Source: Pseudobdellovibrionaceae bacterium
GTDB lineage: Bacteria > Bdellovibrionota > Bdellovibrionia > Bdellovibrionales > UBA1609
Reading direction: 5' to 3'
DNA length: 64,000 nucleotides
NCBI GenBank assembly: GCA_023954155.1
Contig: JAMLIO010000002.1
Location: forward strand, 130,221 to 194,220
This document shows, piece after piece, positions 7,944 to 17,236 of this stretch. Numbering within the stretch: position 1 is the stretch's first letter; the number at the start of each line of letters is the position of its first letter. Under the pieces are notes generated by a model. That model saw only the letters and a program-made list of their open reading frames with translations, was not told the DNA's origin and made no database searches. A program made the position numbers and the translations under genes.

Positions 7944-10900
7944 TCATACATTGATCTTCTTATCATTAGGCTGATACTTTAAGATCAGCCTTTCGAGCGT
8001 TAAATACAACGTAGGGAGAATCAGAAGTGTTAAAATCATCGAGGACAATATCCCTCCAATGATCACGGTGGCCAGTGGTTTTTGTACTTCAGCTCCCATT
8101 CCTGTGGCCAGCATCATGGGCAGAAACCCAAACACATCCACAAGAGAGGTCATCAGTACTGGTCTTAAACGAAGGCTTGCTCCAGTAAGGACTAACTGCT
8201 GACCTTTAATTCCTCGTGTTCTAAGTTCATTAAAATAATTTACAAGCACAACACCATTAAGGATAGCAATTCCTGACAGAGCCATAAAACCCACTCCTGC
8301 AGAAACGCTGAAGGGGATCCCTGCAATCATAAGGGCCAGCACTCCCCCTATTAAGGCAAAAGGAACGCATAAAAATATCAAAACAGTTTCAACGATATTT
8401 TTGAATGCCGCATACACCATAAGTAAAACTAAAAGCAGTGTAATGGGTCCTAGTATGGAAAGTCGAACTTTCGCTTCGGTTAAGTTTTTAAAGTTTCCGC
8501 CCCATTCCATGTAATAACCTGCTGGGAGTTCTAATTGAGTATGGATTTGATTTTTGGCATCAGCCACAAAAGATTCAGTGTCTCGTCCTCGTGGATTGAT
8601 CAGAACAGCTATGCGTCTTTTGGTTTGTTCACGGCTAAAGGAGCTATAGGTCTCTATAAACTCAATATGGGCAAGATCTTGTAGTGGGACGGTGGTAGCA
8701 CCTGCAATTCCAACGGGTAAATGTTTGATCTGTTCAATACTGTTTCTGACCTCATCAGAGGTTCTTATCACAATAGGGAATCTTCTAAGACCCTCATAAA
8801 AAGTTCCCACCTCTTGGCCACCAAGAGCAAAGTGAATGGTCTCTAAGACTTTTTGCGATGAGACACCCATAAGTTTTAATTTTTCTTGGTCGGGTTTTAT
8901 ATCTAAAATAGAAACCATACCTTTGGCTTCTAATTCCACATCACCTGCTCCAGGTACATCGTGAATGATGGACATGGCCTGTTCTGCAAGTTCGGTGATA
9001 GTAGCTTGATCTTCTCCAAAAATTTTAAGAGACACATCGGCGCGCGTTCCTTCCATCAGCTCATTAAATCGCAATTGAATAGGTTGACTGGCTAAAATGC
9101 GTTGCCCAGGTGTGGTCTCTTCAAGTCTTTGAATAATGGCGCTGACGAGTTCATCTTTAGTTCTTCGCTTGCCATTGATTTTTGGCCATTCTTTTCGAGG
9201 CTTAAGCATGAGAAACGTATCAGAAATATTGGGTCCCATGGGGTCGGTGGCTATCTCTGCCGAGCCTATACGTGAAAATACGTCTTTGATTTCTGTAAAC
9301 TCTGTGATGATGTTTTGCGAAACTTCTTCGAGAGACACAGAGTGTGAGAGTCCCACGCTTACGGGTCTTATAAATTGTAAAGCAATAGACCCTTCGTTAA
9401 GCTGAGGCAAAAATTCTCCACCTAAACGTGTAAATAAAATTCCTCCAATCAAAACAGCGCCGACTCCTAGAGACAATATAACTTTTCTGGTGTTTAATCC
9501 CCAGTGAAGTAGTGGGATATAAAGGCTGTGTAGTGTTCTCATGATCCATGGTTCTTGATCTTTTACATTTCCTTTTAAGATCAAGCTTGCCAACGCTGGT
9601 ACAAAAGTAAAAGACAGAATTAAAGCACCTAAGATTGCAAAGATAAATGTCGCGGCCATGGGAATAAACATTTTGCCCTCAATACCAACAAAAGCAAAAA
9701 CAGGAAGGAAGGCGACAATGACCACAAGCTCACCAAACCCCGCAGAGGTTCGGATTTCAACAGCAGCTTCATGAATGGTGCTTTGTAGTTCGGCATTAGT
9801 GAGTGTGCGTTTGAGCCTCTGTGTTTTGTCATGAACATGTCTGACACAGTTATCAAGCACAATAACAGCGCCATCTACAATGATGCCAAAATCTAAAGCA
9901 CCTAGGCTGACTAAATTTCCAGAAATATTAAACTTCCGCATAAGGATAAAAGTAATAAGCAAAGATATAGGTATAACTATAGCAGTGATCAGGGCGGCTC
10001 GTAGATTTCCAATCAACAAGAAGAGCACTAAGATCACTAGAATGGCTCCATAAAGTAAATTGTGTTCTACAGTACTTAGAGTAGCATTTACCAGTTCAGA
10101 TCTATCATAAACAGTTTTAATAATATAATCTTTGGGAAGCGAAGAGCGAATCTCTTCTATGGCTGCATCAATCTTTAAAGATACGGCCCTTGAGTTTTCA
10201 CCTAAGAGCATAAGCACGGTACCCAGAACCACCTCTTCGCCGTTATGGAGTGCTGCGCCTAATCTCAGTTCATGTCCCATTTCCACTGTGGCGATATCTG
10301 CAATAGTGATGGGCTTTGCATTTTCGAGCATCTTAATAGGAACGTTTCTTATGTCTTCCAAGTTTTGAAATAATCCAGAGCCTTGCACCAAGAACTGATC
10401 GGCAGTCTGTTCGACATATCCGCCACCTGCATTTTTATTCACTGAACGAATGGCTTGATCAATATCGCTAAAATGAATTCCGAAGTCCGCCATTTTGCTG
10501 GGATGGGGTTGAATCAAATACTGTCTTTCGTGCCCGCCAATAGTGTTGACTTCGGCTACTCCTTGGACAGCTAAAAGTCTTGGTTTGATATACCAATCTT
10601 GTAAAGTGCGAATTTCAGAAAGTTGTTTCTGTCGACCTTCTCCCGTAATGGGTTCTTTGGCTTCAATGACGTAGTGATAGACTTCTCCAAGACCAGAGGT
10701 GACAGGTCCAAGTTGAGGTGTCACTCCTTCAGGGAGATCTTTGGTTACACCCTGTAGCCGTTCTGTGACTAGCTGCCGAGCATGGTAGATGTCCGTGTTA
10801 TCCTCAAAAGAAACAGTGACCTGAGACACCCCGAAACGTGTGATAGATCTGATTTGGTCAACACCTGGGATTCCATTTAAAACAAGCTCAATCGGTATGG

Positions 10901-11096
10901 TTACCGCCCTTTCTATCTCTTCAGGGCTGAGAGCTTGTACTGGAGTGTTGATTTGGACTTGTACATTTGTAATATCAGGAACTGCATCAATGGGTAGATT
11001 TAAAAAAGCCATCCCACCTGCTATGGAAATAAGAGTTGTGGCTAAGATCACCAGCCATCTGTAGTGAATAGAATATTTTATTAAATTTGAGATCAT
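7944..11096 (-). CDS. czcA: CzcA-type heavy-metal efflux RND transporter
   Basis: 1050 aa. The N-terminus RWLVILATTL...LPIDAVPDITNVQVQINT matches the HME-RND signature. 12-TM RND architecture. Confidence 0.95.
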   Translation of the reverse strand: MISNLIKYSIHYRWLVILATTLISIAGGMAFLNLPIDAVPDITNVQVQINTPVQALSPEEIERAVTIPIELVLNGIPGVDQIRSITRFGVSQVTVSFEDNTDIYHARQLVTERLQGVTKDLPEGVTPQLGPVTSGLGEVYHYVIEAKEPITGEGRQKQLSEIRTLQDWYIKPRLLAVQGVAEVNTIGGHERQYLIQPHPSKMADFGIHFSDIDQAIRSVNKNAGGGYVEQTADQFLVQGSGLFQNLEDIRNVPIKMLENAKPITIADIATVEMGHELRLGAALHNGEEVVLGTVLMLLGENSRAVSLKIDAAIEEIRSSLPKDYIIKTVYDRSELVNATLSTVEHNLLYGAILVILVLFLLIGNLRAALITAIVIPISLLITFILMRKFNISGNLVSLGALDFGIIVDGAVIVLDNCVRHVHDKTQRLKRTLTNAELQSTIHEAAVEIRTSAGFGELVVIVAFLPVFAFVGIEGKMFIPMAATFIFAILGALILSFTFVPALASLILKGNVKDQEPWIMRTLHSLYIPLLHWGLNTRKVILSLGVGAVLIGGILFTRLGGEFLPQLNEGSIALQFIRPVSVGLSHSVSLEEVSQNIITEFTEIKDVFSRIGSAEIATDPMGPNISDTFLMLKPRKEWPKINGKRRTKDELVSAIIQRLEETTPGQRILASQPIQLRFNELMEGTRADVSLKIFGEDQATITELAEQAMSIIHDVPGAGDVELEAKGMVSILDIKPDQEKLKLMGVSSQKVLETIHFALGGQEVGTFYEGLRRFPIVIRTSDEVRNSIEQIKHLPVGIAGATTVPLQDLAHIEFIETYSSFSREQTKRRIAVLINPRGRDTESFVADAKNQIHTQLELPAGYYMEWGGNFKNLTEAKVRLSILGPITLLLVLLMVYAAFKNIVETVLIFLCVPFALIGGVLALMIAGIPFSVSAGVGFMALSGIAILNGVVLVNYFNELRTRGIKGQQLVLTGASLRLRPVLMTSLVDVFGFLPMMLATGMGAEVQKPLATVIIGGILSSMILTLLILPTLYLTLERLILKYQPNDKKINV

Positions 11097-11110
11097 AAAT
11101 ATGTTCCTCG

Positions 11111-11701
11111 TTAATGGGCGTGAGAGTCTGTCGTATTGCTGTTTAAGTCGGCATCCGTCATACGTAAGAAGGAGGCACCAGACATGGCCACTTCATCGTT
11201 AGGTTGCAAGTCTGTGGTATGAATAGAAACATGAGTGTCATTGATGTGTTGTGTGTTTACCCAAACCAAAGAGATCCAATCGTCATGCTTTCGGTACACT
11301 CCTACACGATGTTTGATATAAACTAGAGCCTGTTTAGAAATCACCCAAGGTCCTTTTTGATTTAAACGGGTAAAGTTCACCTTCATGTTTTGCATAGCTT
11401 TAGAAGAAAGTTTAAAACCGAGGTGCTCATCAAAATCTTCAACAGCTTTACCGCGCCCGAATCTATCAGAGGAAGAAGTCTCTTTATCCTGATCCTCGTG
11501 GTCATGTTGATGCTCGTGCTCGTGCCCCTGATCCTGATCCTGATCCTGTGCATTTATGTTACTGTGTTTGTGGGGGGATGTAGTTTTTGCTGTATCTTGG
11601 CTGGCATGAGTCGTCTTAAGGGCATGGGACTCATCGTGGGCCCAAGTTTGGGTTTGTATGAATACGCTAAGAAATAAAGTGAATTTTAAAATGTATATCA
11701 T
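11111..11701 (-). CDS. short His/Asp-rich periplasmic adaptor-like protein (C-terminal barrel part of an RND membrane fusion protein only)
   Basis: Start ATG at 11701 in a 4-nt ATGA overlap with the upstream OMF gene. Signal peptide. HEHEHQHDHEDQD tract. The C-terminal ~110 aa resembles the MFP barrel/membrane-proximal region (WVISKQALVYIKHRVGVYRK...VSIHTTDLQPNDEVAMSGASFL). Only 196 aa. Confidence 0.7.
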   Translation of the reverse strand: MIYILKFTLFLSVFIQTQTWAHDESHALKTTHASQDTAKTTSPHKHSNINAQDQDQDQGHEHEHQHDHEDQDKETSSSDRFGRGKAVEDFDEHLGFKLSSKAMQNMKVNFTRLNQKGPWVISKQALVYIKHRVGVYRKHDDWISLVWVNTQHINDTHVSIHTTDLQPNDEVAMSGASFLRMTDADLNSNTTDSHAH

Positions 11702-12993
11702 AAGGTCTCCAAAAATATACGACCGTCGTAGTGATAGATGAGCCAAAGGGCTTCAAGTGCTTTCAATTCGCGTTGGTTACGACTTTGTGTCAACTCTGCT
11801 CTTTGGCGATGAAATTCAATAAGTAATGGACCAGATACAAGTCCTCTTTGTGCAAGGGACTCGTTCTTTTTAAAGTCTTTTTCGACGGTAGACATATCAG
11901 GAACATCCTTAAGTATGGAAACGGCTCTTCTATAAACTTTAAGTTGTTCTGTGCGCTCATGGCTTTCAACACTTTGAAGTAAACTCATATCTTTTTCGTT
12001 TTTGCTTATACCTGCTTGAGCAAAAGTTCGTGCTGGTGCATTTTGATTTAATAAGGGTAAATCCATCATCACCTTTAATCCCCAAAGAGACTGTGTTCCT
12101 CCATTAGTATTGGACTGTGCGTTCCACATGGGACCAACTTTTAAGCGCGGCCAAGTGTCTGATTGGGCTTGAGCCCATAAGGCGTTAAATTCGGCTTCTT
12201 CCGCGAGTGTTTTTAATTGGGCTGGTGACAGCCGTTTTTGAGAAGGTGTTTCAGAAATAGTGGGCCAAGTTAAAGGAGGTCGTGGTAGCACCTCTTTAAG
12301 CTCATCTAAAGAATGCCCTGTAGACACGTGGAAGTAATGTTCTAAAGCGCGTTCTTCGTCAAAAAGAATGGCGCTTTTTATTTTGGCATCCATAAGTGCC
12401 ATGCGATATACCGACTGTGTGACCTGCTGTTCGGGGCTCAGTTGGGGTAAGGATTTTTGTTGTTGAATCAGTGTCTCTAAAGTTTTGATTGTAGTTTTAA
12501 AAATTCGCCTTTCTTGTTCAAGTTGTCTTAATCTATGTAGATGAAGTACAGTTTGGCGAATCACATCAGCCTGCAATTCTTTAAGATCAGAGTCCATAAC
12601 TGCATTTTTAGCTTTTGCAGCTTGAACCCTTGCTTTTCTTTTTCCACCCCACTCAATAGATTGCACAATAGCAATCATAGAGTCTGAAGTGTTTTTAGCC
12701 CCTTTAGTGAATTCTACTTCCAACTCTGGATTGGGAAGCTGTCGGGCTGTATCAACGGAGAAGGCTTGGTATTCCAGTTCATGTTTTTTTCTTAACACAT
12801 CGGGGTGATTTTCTTTCGCGCATTCCACGACTTCTTGCGTTTTTTTAGGTAGGGCACATTCAAAATGCAGACCATGTTCGTGGTGAATCTCTACTGCATA
12901 AACCCAGTGAGAGCGGAAAACAAAAAAACCAGAAATCCAAAATGAAATTTTTAAAACTTTATAGCCAAAATAAAGTGCGTTCCTCATAGTCAT
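11698..12993 (-). CDS. TolC/CzcC-family outer membrane efflux protein
   Basis: 431 aa with a signal peptide and heptad-rich two-repeat architecture. Operon position is directly upstream of the adaptor and RND pump. An alternative ATG at 12987 has better SD spacing. Confidence 0.82.
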   Translation of the reverse strand: MTMRNALYFGYKVLKISFWISGFFVFRSHWVYAVEIHHEHGLHFECALPKKTQEVVECAKENHPDVLRKKHELEYQAFSVDTARQLPNPELEVEFTKGAKNTSDSMIAIVQSIEWGGKRKARVQAAKAKNAVMDSDLKELQADVIRQTVLHLHRLRQLEQERRIFKTTIKTLETLIQQQKSLPQLSPEQQVTQSVYRMALMDAKIKSAILFDEERALEHYFHVSTGHSLDELKEVLPRPPLTWPTISETPSQKRLSPAQLKTLAEEAEFNALWAQAQSDTWPRLKVGPMWNAQSNTNGGTQSLWGLKVMMDLPLLNQNAPARTFAQAGISKNEKDMSLLQSVESHERTEQLKVYRRAVSILKDVPDMSTVEKDFKKNESLAQRGLVSGPLLIEFHRQRAELTQSRNQRELKALEALWLIYHYDGRIFLETL

Positions 12994-13070
12994 TCCTTAA
13001 GAGAGCAACGTAAAAACCTAACGTTACGTTATTAAATGTAAGTTCAATATAATTTTAGGAATTTAGAGTT

Positions 13071-13412
13071 TTAGACTTTGGGAGGACGTTTGAGTCTCTT
13101 GGGATGAGGCGTATTCAAAGAAAAAAAATAGGGGATGGGTTCTTTGGTATGGATATGGTCACGGTTTAAGACATTGTTGATCAAAGGCAAAGAAAAAGTA
13201 TGTGCAAAGTGACAGTGCAGACAGGAGTCTGTATGGGGAGACTGCTGGGTATTCGGAGTGCTTTCTGAAGAGCAACAGTCTGTGTCTGCCTCAGGAGCTT
13301 GTTCCCACGTAAGTATGGAAGTTTGGGTTATACCAGTCGGGCTGACCTCTTCGGCAATACAAGGGTCAAAACTAAAGTTGATAAAAAGTAGGGCCAACAA
13401 AAATAATTTCAT
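13071..13412 (-). CDS. small secreted Cys/His-rich protein (possible metal-binding, unknown family)
   Basis: Signal peptide MKLFLLALLFINFSF. Motifs DTDCCSSES and HTDSCLHCHFAH. Immediately upstream of the efflux operon on the same strand. Confidence 0.6.
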   Translation of the reverse strand: MKLFLLALLFINFSFDPCIAEEVSPTGITQTSILTWEQAPEADTDCCSSESTPNTQQSPHTDSCLHCHFAHTFSLPLINNVLNRDHIHTKEPIPYFFSLNTPHPKRLKRPPKV

Positions 13413-13525
13413 ATAGACTCGGGTAAAATAAGCAGCCCTCATTCTAGAAGATCAAACAGTAGGATGTAAGAGAATTGTCGTGATTGACGCAACTGGCTTA
13501 AAACCTATCATTGAGGTCGAACATC

Positions 13526-14029
13526 TCAAGGGCGCTTCTTGTTCATATACACAAAGCAGTCGTCTTTAGTGATGGGGTGAAAGTAGTCGCATTCATCAAT
13601 CAAAATTTGCGCTGTAGTTTCTTTCACTGCACAGATTTCAACTCTTACACCCTCAGCCTTAAGATGCCTTACTGTTTCAATATAATCCGAGTCTCCAGAC
13701 ATGATGACAATGGTGTCTACTTTGCTGGCGAGCTGTGTGGCTTTGATAGACAGAGGGATATCTGCGGATTTATGACAAGGTCTTACAGAACCATAAAAGT
13801 TTTCATGGAGTCGTTCGGCTAATTTTGATGAAATGTTTTTCCCTTCGCGAAAGTAGATCAAACGATTGAGCCCTCGATCTTCAATCAAGCGAGGAATAAG
13901 AGTGTCAAAGTTTAGCATAGCTGATTTCTTTTTATAAATTTCGTGGAGACTGCGTTCGATGTTGTTACCATCAACCAAAATAGCCACGTTTTGTGAAATT
14001 TTAATTTTATCCATATTTTTAACACTCAT
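13526..14029 (-). CDS. NYN-domain (LabA-like) protein
   Basis: VAILVDGNNIE ... TIVIMSGDSDYIETVRHLKAEGVRVEICA is typical of NYN/LabA ribonuclease-like domains. Confidence 0.85.
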   Translation of the reverse strand: MSVKNMDKIKISQNVAILVDGNNIERSLHEIYKKKSAMLNFDTLIPRLIEDRGLNRLIYFREGKNISSKLAERLHENFYGSVRPCHKSADIPLSIKATQLASKVDTIVIMSGDSDYIETVRHLKAEGVRVEICAVKETTAQILIDECDYFHPITKDDCFVYMNKKRP

Positions 14030-14254
14030 CTATGAGGGCAAATAAAGCAAGGGTTTAGTCAAACCTCGAAGTAAAACCTTCAGCCCATATCGAAGGTGAG
14101 GGACTTGATCATATTTTAAGCTTTTTATGTAAATAGCAGTATCTTTCGTGGGATAAGTGTGGTTATTTGCAGGTCTAACTATTGTCATTTTCGTAATTCA
14201 TTAGATGTCCTACTGTCTTCTGTAAATGGCCCCAATAACCTACAGGAGGCACAA

Positions 14255-14560
14255 ATGGGTAAAAAAATATATATCGGTAACCTTTCTTATAGCGTAGATA
14301 ATCAAGCTTTGGCGGAGCTATTTGCTCAGTTCGGAGATGTGGAGTCTTCGCATATTGTTATGGACCGTGATTCTGGTCGCAGTAAGGGTTTTGGCTTTGT
14401 AGAAATGTCTACAGATGACGAAGCTTCAACAGCTATTGAAAAGTTAAATAACTATGACTTTTCTGGTCGTAACCTGAATGTGAGCGAAGCTAAACCCATG
14501 GCTCCACGTGAAAATCGTGGCGGTGGTCGAGGTAACTTCGGCAGTCGTTCGCGCTACTAG
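14255..14560 (+). CDS. RRM-type RNA-binding protein with RGG tail
   Basis: ATG at 14255 preceded by AGGAGG. RNP2 KIYIGNL, RNP1 KGFGFVEM, C-terminal RGGGRGNFGSRSRY. Confidence 0.92.
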   Translation: MGKKIYIGNLSYSVDNQALAELFAQFGDVESSHIVMDRDSGRSKGFGFVEMSTDDEASTAIEKLNNYDFSGRNLNVSEAKPMAPRENRGGGRGNFGSRSRY

Positions 14561-14613
14561 ATAGCAACATCTGGTTTAAGTTTTAAAAAACTTAAAAATA
14601 TAAAATTTAAAGA

Positions 14614-14643
14614 GCCTGATCGAAAGCGGTCGGGCTTTTTTTA
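14614..14643 (+). terminator. Rho-independent terminator of the RRM protein gene
   Basis: 9-bp stem (14614-14622 / 14627-14635, two G-U pairs), tetraloop AAAG, T-tract 14636-14642. Confidence 0.75.
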
Positions 14644-14679
14644 TTTTGATTTGAGTCTGAATTTGACACGTTCATTGAG

Positions 14680-14895
14680 ATGATGTGCTTTGTTGCGGGA
14701 GGTGATGGGCCAAGACCATGTGGAGAAGTGTATTGCGGCTCAAGGTGTGAGATGGCGATCTGTGATGAACTTTGTTGCGGCTCAAGATGTGAGACTGCTG
14801 CAATATGTGATGAGTTTTGTTGCGGGTGCTGATGATGAGACAGAGTTTTGTGGTGAACTTTGTTGCAGTCGATGAGAGTGAGATGGTGACTTTTT
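14680..14895 (+). repeat. degenerate tandem repeat array, about 5 x 40-45 nt
   Basis: The TTGCGG/TTGCAG anchor recurs at 14693, 14733, 14775, 14820 and 14863. Unit consensus is roughly tGTGaTGAacTTTGTTGCGGctcaaGATGtGAGA. Confidence 0.7.
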
Positions 14896-14943
14896 GTGAC
14901 TTAATTTATTCACGGCCGCATATAATAAGTGACCTATGGTGTG

Positions 14944-14959
14944 TATGATTTAAATCATA
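14944..14959. promoter_or_regulatory. FNR/Dnr-type box TATGAT-TTAA-ATCATA upstream of nirK
   Basis: Perfect 16-bp palindrome matching the TTGAT-N4-ATCAA family core. The centre lies about 41.5 nt upstream of a TSS predicted from a TAAAGT -10-like hexamer at 14981-14986. Confidence 0.6.
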
Positions 14960-15026
14960 TTATTGGGTATTTATATAAGGTAAAGTGTAGGGGAACAAAT
15001 GAATTGATCATCCATAGGAGGTAGTA

Positions 15027-16457
15027 GTGGTACGGTATTTAGTTGTAATGGCGTCTATTGTGTTTATATCGGGGTGTTTTGGAAGCAAAAAGTTTGACCC
15101 CGCAAAATCTGTCATCAAAGGCGAGGAAGAAGCCGTCTTGACGTCTCCTCCTAACGTACCACCACCTATTACCAGAAAGCACAACACCAAACTGGTTGTG
15201 AAACTGGATGTGATTGAACAAAAAATGAATATCTCTGAGGGTGTGGAATACACCTTCTGGACTTTTGGCGGAACTGTTCCTGGAAGCTTCATTCGTGTTA
15301 AAGAAGGGGACTTGATCGAATTTCACTTAAGAAACCACCCGACTTCAAAAATGCCTCACAACATTGACTTGCATGCTGTGACTGGGCCTGGAGGGGGCGC
15401 GAGTGCGTCTTTCACTCTACCTGGTCAGGAGACGGTCTTTTCTTTCAAAGCCATTAACCAAGGGCTTTATGTGTATCACTGTGCGACTGCTCCAGTGGGA
15501 ATGCACATTGCAAACGGAATGTATGGTTTGATCTTGGTGGAACCTAAGGACGGTCTACCCAAAGTGGATCGTGAATACTATGTGATGCAAGGGGATTTTT
15601 ACACCAAGGGTAAGTACGGAACTCAAGGGTATCAGCCGTTTGATATGGAAAAAGCTGTGGATGAACATCCTACTTACGTTGTTTTTAACGGAGCCACTAA
15701 CGCTTTAACTGGAGATAATGCTTTAAAGGCCAACGTAGGTGAAACTGTCAGATTGTTTGTGGGTAACGGTGGTCCTAACCTGATCTCTTCTTTCCACGTG
15801 ATTGGGGAAATCTTTGATAACGTCCACAGAGAAGGTGGAACCTTGGTGGATCACAATATTCAGACTACTATGGTCCCTGCAGGTGGAGCTTCAATCGTAG
15901 ATTTCAAAGTGGATGTACCAGGAAGCTTAGTACTGGTGGATCACTCGATCTTTAGAGCTTTTAACAAAGGAGCTTTAGGTTTAATTAAAGTTGAAGGTGA
16001 TGAGAACAAAGACATTTTCACAGGTCAAACTGAAGTGAAAGTCTATATGCCTGAAGGTGGAGCAATCCAAAAGATCAACGAAAAAGAACAAGTGACAAAG
16101 GCCGTGACACTTGCTGATCAAATGAATTTAGGAAAGAACGTCTACACACAAAACTGTGCGGCCTGTCACCAAGCAGATGGTTCAGGAATCAAAGGTGCCT
16201 TTCCTCCACTGGCTAAATCAGATTGGTTAAACCAAGATGTGAAGCGTTCTATCAGTGCAGTTAAAAATGGTTTGAGTGGTGAAATCAGAGTGAATGGGGA
16301 TGTGTACAACGGTGTGATGCCCTCCCTTGGATTATCCAGTGAGGACATTGCTAACGTCTTAACTTATGTTTACAACTCATGGGGTAATAATAAGAAAGTG
16401 GTGAGTCCTAAAGATGTGGACGCTGTTCCTTCTAAACCTATGAGTTTGGATCACTAA
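15027..16457 (+). CDS. nirK: copper-containing nitrite reductase NirK, lipoprotein form with C-terminal cytochrome c domain
   Basis: GTG start with AGGAGG SD. Lipobox ISGC. Cu ligand motifs [10 protein letters not shown] and [21 protein letters not shown]-terminal haem c motif CAACH with a downstream Met (GVMPS). Confidence 0.93.
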   Translation: MVRYLVVMASIVFISGCFGSKKFDPAKSVIKGEEEAVLTSPPNVPPPITRKHNTKLVVKLDVIEQKMNISEGVEYTFWTFGGTVPGSFIRVKEGDLIEFHLRNHPTSKMPHNIDLHAVTGPGGGASASFTLPGQETVFSFKAINQGLYVYHCATAPVGMHIANGMYGLILVEPKDGLPKVDREYYVMQGDFYTKGKYGTQGYQPFDMEKAVDEHPTYVVFNGATNALTGDNALKANVGETVRLFVGNGGPNLISSFHVIGEIFDNVHREGGTLVDHNIQTTMVPAGGASIVDFKVDVPGSLVLVDHSIFRAFNKGALGLIKVEGDENKDIFTGQTEVKVYMPEGGAIQKINEKEQVTKAVTLADQMNLGKNVYTQNCAACHQADGSGIKGAFPPLAKSDWLNQDVKRSISAVKNGLSGEIRVNGDVYNGVMPSLGLSSEDIANVLTYVYNSWGNNKKVVSPKDVDAVPSKPMSLDH

Positions 16458-17236
16458 TGCTAAGAGCCTGTGTCCTAGGATTGATACTTTTATCATATAT
16501 ACCGTCTTATGGAAAAAAACCTGAGACGGTACGAATCCCTGGGGGAGAATTGCGGGCGGTCTGGATGGCTCCGATGGCTACAGGTAAAGACAAAGCCAAG
16601 GTTGCCGTTCCTACTTTTGCAGTTTCAAGTTTTGAAATGATGACTCGTCCTGTGACTCGGCAAGAGTATCAGAACTTTATAAACAAAAATAAGGAATGGT
16701 CCAAAGGGCAAGTGTCTCAACTTTTTGCTGATGAAATGTATATGAACGGCTGGTCCACTAAAGATTCACCTAAAATGCCAGCCACCTTTGTATCGTGGTT
16801 TGCGGCTAAGGCTTTTTGTGAATCTTTGTCTATGCGCCTGCCTACGGTCAATGAGTGGGAGTATGTAGCCGCAGCATCCGAAACATCTAAGGATGCCAAT
16901 AGAGACTCTGCTTTTTTGGCTAGAATCTTAGAGTGGTATGGTGAGCCTCGCACTCATAAAATTAAAAATGCAGGCAGTATTTATAAAAACATTTATGGTG
17001 TCTGGGACATGCACGGGCTGATCTGGGAATGGGTGGATGACTTCAACTCTAGTTTTGTAACTGGTGAAAGCCGTGAAGACAGCTCTATGGATAAAAATAT
17101 GTTTTGTGGTGCGGGTGCGGTCTCTTCTGGAGATAAAGAAAACTACGCGGCCTTTATGCGCTTTGCTTTTCGTTCAGGGTTAAAAGGCAATTCCACAATT
17201 TGGAATCTGGGTTTTCGATGTGTGAGGGATATATGA
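16457..17236 (+). CDS. nirV: NirV-like formylglycine-generating-enzyme/SUMF1-family protein
   Basis: TAATG 1-nt overlap with nirK. FGE-sulfatase-type motifs (WEYVAAA, GLIWEWVDDF, GFRCV). Position directly downstream of nirK, as for nirV. Confidence 0.8.
   Translation: MLRACVLGLILLSYIPSYGKKPETVRIPGGELRAVWMAPMATGKDKAKVAVPTFAVSSFEMMTRPVTRQEYQNFINKNKEWSKGQVSQLFADEMYMNGWSTKDSPKMPATFVSWFAAKAFCESLSMRLPTVNEWEYVAAASETSKDANRDSAFLARILEWYGEPRTHKIKNAGSIYKNIYGVWDMHGLIWEWVDDFNSSFVTGESREDSSMDKNMFCGAGAVSSGDKENYAAFMRFAFRSGLKGNSTIWNLGFRCVRDI

Noticed and set aside
9136-11064. Several 74-89-aa ORFs on the + strand inside czcA, and similar internal ORFs inside other long genes
   Set aside because: They are embedded antisense to long genes that are clearly conserved by motif, and they have no SD or motifs.
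4798-13442. Genomic island at tRNA-Cys (recombinase + XRE + metal-resistance operon)
   Set aside because: The recombinase looks like an ordinary XerD and lies 2 kb on the 5' side of the tRNA, separated from it by comM. I saw no repeat of the tRNA 3' end downstream. The island idea is not supported by what is visible.
14690-14875. 61-aa ORF across the tandem repeat array
   Set aside because: It has a TTG start and no SD. The peptide periodicity merely mirrors the DNA repeat (VAAQGVR.../VAAQDVR...).
14680-14895. Tandem repeats as a CRISPR array
   Set aside because: The units are contiguous and degenerate, with no unique spacers between conserved repeats. The repeats are not palindromic and no cas genes are present.
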